The notes under the pieces are model-generated. The model worked only from the letters and a program-made list of their open reading frames with translations. It did not search any database and had not been told where the DNA came from. The translations under genes and the position numbers were made by a program. 64,000 nucleotides of DNA from positions 15,438,001 to 15,502,000 of the forward strand of contig NC_043005.1 in NCBI RefSeq assembly GCF_006345805.1, given 5' to 3'. Below, piece after piece: positions 55,249-64,000 of the stretch (positions within the stretch are counted from its first letter, which is position 1; every line of letters begins with the position of its first letter). The DNA comes from Octopus sinensis. Its lineage: Eukaryota.

Positions 55249-55485
55249 GTGGTTGTATACTGTCAACTTAACGTGATAGTCCTGTAAGGGAATTACACCA
55301 CCACTGTTTAGCCCTAGGAAGCATCGACGCTTCCTGTCGGCCTTGACACATTTCCTGTGTCCTTATATATTTGACACAGGAAATGTGTCAAGGCCGACAG
55401 GAAGCGTCGATGCTTCCTAGGGCTAAACAGCGGTGGTGTAATTCCCTTACGGGACTGTCACGTTAAGTTGACAGTATACAACCAC
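55249..55485. repeat. Palindrome with 113-bp arms, 11-nt loop, 3 mismatches
   Basis: Base-by-base comparison of 55249-55361 with the reverse complement of 55373-55485. Confidence 0.95.
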
Positions 55486-55811
55486 TCTATCGCTCCACCA
55501 CCGTACATATCTCTATGAGATATTTAGAAATTTAATATTTCTGATACTTTTATACTGTTTTGATTATAACCCCTTATATCCTAAATTCAAATCACACCCT
55601 GGTCAACTTTATTTCTTCTCCATCTGAGGTCAAGAAAAATTATTGAACAAAAATGACTGGGGGGTCATGTAATCCACTTCAAATTATTAGGTGATGTTTC
55701 AAGTTGGTTGTAGTCCAGTGTGTGTGTGTGTGTGTGTGGTGTGTGTGTGTGTGTGTGTGCAAACAATAAAAGAATTGATATAAAAAAAACTAAAAGTAAA
55801 AAGTTAGTTAC

Positions 55812-55950
55812 TTTATTGTCAGTGTGATTGGTTGAGTTCTCATCTTGTATATTATTTGAGAATTCTTGTGCCAATGTTGAAATTGGGACAACACCTAAAT
55901 CATCAGCGTTTTCTGCATATTCAAATAAGGAACTCTTATGTGCTGAATTA
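55812..55950 (-). CDS. USP37: USP37-like linker exon (NSAHKSSLFEYAENADDLG...NHTDNK)
   Basis: catttttcAG / GTaact; phase 2 to 0. Confidence 0.7.
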
Positions 55951-57262
55951 CTGAAAAATGAAAACACAAAAATTTATGATTTTGGTAATTGTTAAAGTTT
56001 GCAAATTATTATTTACATAAAAACATAAATAAAAAAAAAAGGAGAAAAAAAAAACAATGAACCTAGAATTGAAAACAGATTTTTAAGAAAAAACATCCTC
56101 TTTGATGCTATAATAAATTTCTTAAAGACAAGATATACATTTCTAGTTTTAGGAAATGTTTGTGAAAACCACATCTGAGGTTTTTTATATGTTCACTCTA
56201 TACTGACATGGGGAAGATGGAACTTATGGAGGCAATATTCCAAGGCCAGGTGTTCTTCCTGTTGATAATCCTTATTTACTTCCAACAGAAGTACTTATTC
56301 TCCTGATCTGTTGAGCACCAAACAGCTCAACAGCCAGACATGTCTTTATGGTTGACATTATGTTTTCTTTTAAGCAGACGATGCCAGAACACAAACACAT
56401 ATACACATGCATATACTCTCACTCAATGAGCTTCTGTTCAGTTTCTTCTTAAACCAGTGATATTTGCCCACAGTTCCACACAAGCAGGAATGAACCCAAA
56501 ACCATGAGGTTCGGGACTAAAATTTACACCTGTAACAATATCCAAGATCATCATCATCATTTAGCATCCGCTTTCCATGCTAGCATGGGCTGGATGGTTC
56601 AACTGGGGTCTGTGAAGCCAGAAGGCTGCATCAGGCCCAGTCTGATCTGGCAGTGTTTCTACGGCTGGATGCCCTTCCTAACGCCAACCACTCCGCGAGT
56701 GTAGTGGGTGCTTTTTACGTGCCACCCGCACAGGTGCCAGATGGAGCTGGCAAACGGCCACGGATGGATGGTGCGTTTTACGTGCCATCGGCACGAGGGC
56801 CAGGCGAGGCTGGCAATGGCCGCACGGGGGCCAGGCGAGGCTGGAAATATGATATTGTCACTTAGCTGAAGGATTGGTAGTTTACATCTGTGTCACTGTT
56901 CTATGATGTTCTCATACTCAACTCTTGTTCATTCAGTTGTAAATTGATACCATGGGAGTAAGGTGCAACTTAGCTAACTGATGCAGAAATGGTATTTTGT
57001 TTGGAACAATTCTAATATGAGCATAGCTTGAGATGACCTCTCTTCAATATCATCATTTTTATCATATTTGCATAGAGAGAAGGCACAGGAATGGCTATGT
57101 AGTAAGAAGCTTGCTTCCCAACCATATGGTTCCAGGTTCAATCTCACTGAATGGCACTTTAGACAAATACCTTCTACTAGAGCATCAAGTTGATCAAAGC
57201 CTTGTGAGTGGATTTCGCAGACAGAAATTGAAAGAAACTCATAAACATACATACATTTAGGA

Positions 57263-57419
57263 AGAAATAACCTCAATTATGCAATTCAATAGTGACAGAC
57301 AATATCCACACCATATAATTTTGTGATTTTTTAAATATTTATTGTAGTATATTTAAATTTTTTCGAGATGGTGTGGATATTGTTTCTCACTATTGAATTG
57401 CTTAATAGAGGTTATTTCT
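57263..57419. repeat. Inverted repeat with ~52-bp arms and ~53-nt AT-rich spacer
   Basis: agaaataacctc...ccacaccat / atggtgtgg...gaggttatttct. Confidence 0.8.
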
Positions 57420-57693
57420 CTTAATTATACACACACACACATAGGGGTTCTTTGTATCTACGTTTGTTTTCCACCACCACTTGACAAGTGTTGGTATCTA
57501 TGTACTCATAACTTAGCAGTTCAGCAGAAGAGTTCAATAAAATAAGCACCAGGCTTTAAAGGTAAAAAAAAAGTATTGAGGTTGATTCAATCGATTAAAA
57601 ATTCTTCGAGGCGATGCCCCAGCATGACCATAGTCTAATGTCCGAACAAGTAAAAGATTACAGAAAAAAAGCAAATCAATCGTTTCAACTTAC

Positions 57694-57765
57694 ACAGAAT
57701 CTGTGTACTCAAGTCTTCTACAAAGTGATGAATCTTTCTCCATTTCTGTTCGGGCTTTCGGTGGG
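57694..57765 (-). CDS. USP37: USP37-like linker exon (PPKARTEMEKDSSLCRRLEYTDS)
   Basis: tttgcAG / GTaagt; 72 nt, phase 2 to 2. Confidence 0.65.
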
Positions 57766-58838
57766 CTGCAAATATCACAAATATTATTTCAGTAGGCCAT
57801 TAACTGGGACAGGAGAAACAGTTTCAGTCAAATAAAGCAAACCAAATTTTAAGCCCAGCCAAAAGCATAACAGAATTGTAGCAGTAAATTTGGAATTCAC
57901 CTTAAACTTCATGCCCATTGTGCTGTCTTTATTGAATGTCTCTGCACTCTCTCTTACCTCTGGCGACAGCTTTTTGTTAAGACATCTCAGATCACCATAT
58001 TGCCCTGGCTTCCAAGACTAGTGAAAAGAGAAGGAATCCTCAAACTGGATACCTGGTCCAAGTGCTTACAACAGAGTCATCAGCATCAGACTCTACTAAT
58101 GGTACCCAAGATGCCAGGTGGTGGTAAGAAAATGGATTATGTCTACCATCCATGTAGGCTACAGCAAGGTTTGAACCCAGAATATTAAGAGCTAGAATAA
58201 ATACTTCAAAATATTCCATCTAAGGCTCTATAAATTCTGCTAATCCATTGCCCTTGACTGGTCCTTTATTTTATCATCCCAATAAAGATCAAAGGCAAAG
58301 AGGACTCCAGCAGTTCAAAATTTGTTATATTCTGGCAAAAAGCCAGAATAAATACTACAAAGCATTTTGTTTGATGCTTTGACAACTGCCAGATCAGATT
58401 GGAGACTGGTGCAGCCATCTGGTTCGCCAGACCTCAGTCAAATCGTCCAACCCATGCTAGCATGGAAAGCGGATATTAAACGATGATGATGATAACACAC
58501 CACATACAGTGTGTTTATTCCAATTTCCATCTACTAATTTCTCTCACCAGGTATTGACCAACCTGTAACTACGGTTGAGGACATCAGCCAATAGCATTCA
58601 CCAAGTGGAACCAAATCCCCTAATCATGTGATACCAAAGCAAACCTCTCAACCACTCAGCTATGCTGGCAGATATATGACAATTCTATTGAATATTATTA
58701 TCAGTCTAAAAAAGTCAAATGAGTTTCTGCTCACATAGAGTCGATCCTTTATGATAAACTATTGCATTGTATGCATGGACATGTGAGACAAAAAGGTGTG
58801 TGTGTGTGTGTACACAAAATAAGTGATTGCAATCTTAC

Positions 58839-58997
58839 CTAGTGAAAAGGCTATTAATAGAAGGTGCTGGAATAATGGTCTCTGAACAATGTGATGACAG
58901 CGTCAGATATTTAGGAATAGAAATATGCTGAATAACTTTTCTGTTACATGAAGCTGTGACACTGTATGTGTAGCGTTTCAAATGGAGAATTAATACT
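58839..58997 (-). CDS. USP37: USP37-like exon (RVLILHLKRY...IPKYLTLSSHC)
   Basis: USP core motif LILHLKR; YLTLSSHC recalled from USP37; canonical splice sites. Confidence 0.92.
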
Positions 58998-59344
58998 CTG
59001 GAATGAAAATAATCAACATTATCATTATTGTCATAGACACCAACATACCTCAATTATCAGAACAAGTTTACTATGCTTTGTGACACTGTGGCACCAAGCC
59101 TATACAAGCAAACTTATATTGTGACACCGGGAATAAAAATTTAGTTATTTATCATAGCACCAGATATAAAGATAATGTTATCTACTGTAATAGACTCAAA
59201 GCTTCCAATGGACAAAGTCCATAAAATAAGAAAACTACACTTCCTGAAAATATTTGAACCATATATAGAAGAGGTAATTAACTTAAGGAAGGAAGGAAAA
59301 TTTTAACTGCATCTGAGAAATCCAGATTGTTAAGTACTCTGGTC

Positions 59345-59685
59345 TGGGACCCCCTTCGGTCACGACACTGACCATGGGATTGCACCTAGAAAGTTACCCT
59401 CCTAGTCACAAGTCTGGGCAAGGTGGTTTTATGGAAGACCAGCAGTCGCCCATGCATACCGGCCTCCCCTCTCCACGTCACCGATGTTGTCCAAGGGAAA
59501 GGCAAGGGCCGATACAGCTTGGCACCTGTGACGTCGAAACTCATTTCTACAGCTGAGTGAACTGGAGCAACGTGAAATAAAGTGTCTTGCTCAATAACAC
59601 AACACGCAGCCCGGTCCGGGATTCGAGCTCACAACCTCACGATCGTAAGCTCGACACTCTAACCACTGGGCCATGCGCCTTCACT
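59345..59685 (-). mobile_element. tRNA-derived SINE (head2 + tail4)
   Basis: Clear A/B-box-like head on the minus strand; matches 11490-11805. Confidence 0.8.
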
Positions 59686-59758
59686 GTTAAGTAATAAGTA
59701 TATAATTATATGTGTGAATCATACTAATGGCTAACAGATTAAAAGTAATTTATCTTAC

Positions 59759-59878
59759 CTCGGTAATCTACTGATGCATTTTGAAACTTCTGATTTATCA
59801 TGATTACATTTAGCACATCGGTATTCCACATTTTCTTTGACAAAGAATAAGTCGAGAGCATCCTGAATGCTTGGATTG
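59759..59878 (-). CDS. USP37: USP37-like exon (SIQDALDLFF..EY.CAKC...SRLPR)
   Basis: USP fingers subdomain with CxxC; ttccAG / GTaag; phase 2 to 2. Confidence 0.92.
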
Positions 59879-60039
59879 CTGGAATTAGTGAATGAAAGAG
59901 AGTAGAATGAGAGGAGAGAGTCAGAAGCAAAAAGAATGATGGAACTACAGTGTGTCACACTGCTTTTGCTCTTAGCCTTGTATTTACAAATATGAGAGAG
60001 AGAGAGAGAGAAAGAAAGAAATACAAAAGTTAGGCTCAC

Positions 60040-60105
60040 CATCCCTTTGGTATGTCCAACGATAAATCTATACACTGTTCAACTTTAGAGACAACAACAC
60101 CACAT
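60040..60105 (-). CDS. USP37: USP37-like exon (CGVVVSKVEQCIDLSLDIPKG)
   Basis: USP CG...E...DLSLD motif; gtttttAG / GTgagc; 66 nt, phase 2 to 2. Confidence 0.88.
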
Positions 60106-60622
60106 CTAAAAACAAAAACAAAATAAAATAAAATTACTAATTCCTATTAGTAAATGGTTAAATGTTGGACAGTTGTACATTATAATCAACATTAGTAGTT
60201 GTTTAGCCCCAGGTCATCACTCATCAGCCAAAGCCTATGATCAAAACATGTTCCAACCATGATCACACTTTATATAAGTGAATGGTAGCAATAGTAATGT
60301 GTGTTGTTGATTGTCTATTTGGTTAGGTTTCTTTTCTTTTCCTCTCACTGAACACTCATAAATTGTCTTTGATGGGAGAGTTTGTCATATATATGTACAG
60401 ACAGACAGATTATATCTCAGATCACATTCGCCAATGAGTCCCCCACCCAAGAAAGTAAAGTGTAATCCAAATGAGATTTGGCTGCTATTTCTAGCAACTT
60501 TACATGATGCATAGTGCTAAGAGTTCCAATCTGTCCTTCTCATGAGAGGATGAGATACTGCAATGGCTTGGTGGTTCAAAGAAACCACAACTTTTATTAA
60601 ATATCCTCCCACAAACTTACTT

Positions 60623-61028
60623 GGATCTTTTCGGTTTGAACGGCAGATTTTAACATAATTTCTAGGTAACTAAAAAAATTTTAAACTTCGTATACTGGTA
60701 GAATGTGTTTATAAAACATCTTTTTCTCTTGGCTTTATTGAGAAAATTCTATAGTTTGTAAGATGTTTGTTGTTTTTTTCTTCAATTTCTGCAATTTCAA
60801 CCAATCACTGATGTCCATTGAGGTAAAAAAAACATTCTGTGCCGTATAAATATGTCCCTCGTTTAAGAAACAGATTGGGTTTATTTACATTTGTGAAGAA
60901 AAAAAAGATACCCTCCCCCCACCCTAAAACAGATTGAAATGCAATAGATCGATTCTAGGGTCATAATTATGGGTGACAATTTCATATGACACTGCTAGAA
61001 AACACTGCCGTTCAAACCGAAAAGATCC
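60623..61028. mobile_element. MITE with 24-bp TIRs and 4-bp TSD ACTT
   Basis: actt|ggatcttttcggtttgaacggcag ... ctgccgttcaaaccgaaaagatcc|actt. Confidence 0.85.
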
Positions 61029-61561
61029 ACTTTAGGATCATCCACACAAAGGAGATGCGAATAAACTAAAACAATACATAAGCATTCAATGATGAAAGAT
61101 GTTGAGAGAACCTACAACAAGAGACATGCACAAGACAACGACATCAACAACACTAACACAGCATACTGGTTGCAGCTGTTATACAACTTGTTTAACTCAA
61201 GGACATTCCAGCCATGACCACATTGTCTTTTTTTCCAGATTGTTTTCAGATTACAATATTCAATAAGTAGAGACAAAAAAGCGGGGGATTTGAGAGAGAC
61301 TTAGCTGCTTCCCCTAGAAGTTGAATGACCATAGAGAAGTTTCCTTATTACCTCACAACCATGCCAAGGATCTTTTTTTTGAGCACAGAGATTCATGAAA
61401 CTGAAATGACATACATTTGTGTGTGTGGAGAGAGAGAGAGAGAGAGAAAGAAATAGTGTAGAGAAGAAGAGATAATAGACAGGGAAAGTGAGGAAGGTAA
61501 CAGTGTTGGGAGGAGGAAAAGAGGAAAAAGGATTGGGAAAGGCAAATGGAAAGGAAGAGGG

Positions 61562-61622
<61 letters not shown>

Positions 61623-61625
61623 TAT

Positions 61626-61651
<26 letters not shown>

Positions 61652-61658
<7 letters not shown>

Positions 61659-61846
61659 CAGATGAATATGGTACTTAAGTTGAGGCACCAGAATTTAGTA
61701 CGGTATTATCCATACAATTTCAAACTAAGGTGATTAAAATCAAAATAAGCAACAAGGATATCCAGAGGTAATGCAGTACGATCGTTTCATGCAACTCCAT
61801 AGAGTTGCACAAAACGATTGTACTGCATTACCTCTCGCTATCCTTG

Positions 61847-61848
<2 letters not shown>
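61652..61848. mobile_element. Short fold-back member of the 11898-12393 family (47-bp arms, 4-nt loop)
   Basis: Shared caaaataagcaa.aaggatatcc; arms 61751-61797 and 61802-61848; abuts (TA)n. Confidence 0.7.
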
Positions 61849-61883
<35 letters not shown>

Positions 61884-61955
61884 GAGAGAGAGAGAGAAGA
61901 TACAGGAAACATGGTTTCAAATACATTAGTAAAAATTAAGGATGTATCTTTTTAC

Positions 61956-62146
61956 CGTTTACAAGTAATAGAGCGATTGATATCAAATTCGAAGTTCTGA
62001 ACTGTGGGGTTAATGAAAGTATCTCTGCAGTTAGGGTCATCATCATCATCGGAACTGGAATTATTAGATGTAGGAGTACTTGTGGCCAACTTGACCCCTT
62101 CTTCTTTCAGACAGTCAAGGACTTGGTTCAAGCATTCATGAGCGTC
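61956..62146 (-). CDS. USP37: USP37-like exon (DAHECLNQVLDCLKEE...NFEFDINRSITCK)
   Basis: USP QDAHE box; ttgtAG / GTaaaa; 191 nt, phase 0 to 2. Confidence 0.92.
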
Positions 62147-63130
62147 CTACAATGTTTAGAAAGAGAAAAAGTTATTTTTTAAACAATTTTGGCTTTCTAA
62201 AAAAAAAAAATAAATAAATAAATAAAAACAGAAAAAATGCAGTCAATTGTAGTTATGGGTGTGTGTTATTGTTTAGCCCTAGGTTAATCTTGATTGAGCA
62301 GATCTATGACCAAAAGCATTCTAGCCAAGATCATCTCATGTAACATCTAGGACCACAGTATTCAATGTGTCATTCTTTTAAGGAAACAGGCTTTGATAGT
62401 TGGCAGAGGAAATTTGGCTGCTGTTTCTAGGAAGTCAAGAGTGAGTCTATGCTTGGGTATGGAAACTATATCAAGACAATTACCCCCCCACCATAGGACA
62501 ATTTCCCTGACGACAACTACCCCCACTTCGTTAATTACCCCACTCTCCAATATATTAAAAAGTTTTAAATCATCATCTGTTGTCCTAGAGGGTTTATTGT
62601 CCATGGAGGGTAATCTAGACTCATGGAAACATAGTAGCTGTTGAGAGAGAGAAAGAGAGGCAGACAGCATTATCTAAAGAAATTCGTATTGAATTCTTAG
62701 ATACAAAGCTATAATTCACCCATGCCACTATTTTTTTTAAATATTACCTTAACTATTAAAGGCAGATTTTCTCTGTGGGTATGTATGTTGAAAATTCATA
62801 CATTTACACAATTCCAAATTTAATGGAAGAAAAAATTGGAATTAACATTCTAAATACCATAACTTAGGTCTTAGGGGCATTTTTTCAGTCAAAATAACAC
62901 CCCAATTACGAAAAAAAAAAAATCGATAAAACTACATACATAACCATTTTCCCCTCTAATACAATCTAATTTCCTCTTTCTACTACCATTACAAATCATT
63001 TCTACTGCTACTGTCTCTTATGAACGTTTACGAACGATCCAAGAAAAAAGACAGAAAGAAAGGAAAGAGAAAGAGTGAGAGTCAAATAAACAGACAGACT
63101 ACCAATCCTACGTAAATACACACACATATA

Positions 63131-63480
63131 TTGGCGCAGGAGTGGCTGTGTGGTAAGTAGCTTGCTTACCAACCACATGGTTTCAGGTTCATTCCCACTG
63201 CATGGCACCTTGGGCAAGTGTCTTCTACTATAGCCTTGGGCCGACCAAAGCCTTGTGAGTGGATTTGGTAGATGGAAACTGAAAGAAGCCTGTTGTATGT
63301 GTGTGTGTGTATTTGTCCCCCAGCCACCATCACTTGGCAACTGATGCTGGGGTGTTTACATCCCCATAACTTAGCAGTTCAGCAATAGAGGCTGATAGAA
63401 TAAGTATTGGGGTTGATTTGCTCGACTGAAGGCTGTGCTCCAGCATGGCCACAGTCAAATGACCGAAACAAAAGAGTAAG
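63131..63480 (+). mobile_element. SINE family B
   Basis: Full head, body and tail. Confidence 0.85.
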
Positions 63481-63727
63481 GTGGTGATGTAAAATTAGGC
63501 ATGAATTAAGGTCGACTATGCCAGAACAGTCTATCTAGAGGCCTAACACCTACCCAATTTTCATTCGTAAGGTTTATCTCAATCTGAAGCAACAGCGGAG
63601 GAAGCATTTGCTTTATGTGCTGTGCAGTGGGATTGAACCAAGAACTACATGAATGTGAAGTGAATTTCTTGATTACATGGCTATATTTAGCTAGCTGAAT
63701 CACTTAATAGAATATTGTGTTCCTATC

Positions 63728-64000
63728 TCTTCTACTTGTTTCAGTCATTTGACTGTGGCCATGCTGGAGCACCACCTTTAGTCAAGCAAATTGAACCCAG
63801 GACTTATTCTTTGTAAGCCTAGTACTTATTCTATCGCTCTCTTTTGCCAAACCGCTAAGTTACTGGGACGTAAACACACCAGCATCGGTTGTCAAGCGAT
63901 GTTGGGGGACAAACATAGTCACACAAAACCACTTTCTTTCAGTTTCCGTCTACCAAATCCAATCACAAGGGTTTGGTCAGCCCGAGGCTATAGTAGAAGA
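63728..64000 (-). mobile_element. SINE family B, inverted, runs off the window
   Basis: Reverse complement of the family B tail and body. Confidence 0.85.

Noticed and set aside
61033-61113. 81-nt AG...GTAAGT exon-like segment whose donor is overlapped by the MITE TSD
   Set aside because: Not USP-like; the host intron is phase 2 and that frame contains a stop; the neighbouring exons already join in phase without it.
62362-62670. 102-aa minus-strand ORF upstream of the DAHE exon
   Set aside because: No USP motifs (expected ...RFSGY.Q); no convincing donor.

Overview
Eukaryotic, AT-rich, microsatellite- and SINE-dense DNA. The repeat repertoire suggests an octopus or other coleoid cephalopod (inference). 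Two convergent host genes flank a roughly 36-kb transposon-rich block. On the left are the last three coding exons of MOB4/phocein (+, 142-7552). On the right are eleven phase-compatible exons of a USP37-like deubiquitinase (-, 62146 to 47133), whose last visible exon stops at a SINE junction before the catalytic His box. The middle holds a young 5'-truncated Tx1/L1-clade LINE inserted in (ATCT)n, R4/Dong-type RLE retrotransposons in (TAA)n, two solo LTRs with 4-bp TSDs, mariner, Chapaev-like, Penelope-like and RTE relics, Helentron-like non-autonomous elements, modular tRNA-derived SINEs and several long fold-back palindromes. The most interesting signals are four: retroelements sorted by microsatellite type, a SINE sharing its 3' end with the Tx1 LINE, a hammerhead-like motif with a covarying palindromic stem in fold-back elements, and the truncated USP37. 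Noisy local duplications and 1-nt homopolymer frameshifts suggest an imperfectly polished long-read assembly, so some disruptions may be artefacts. All calls are by eye; no searches were run.
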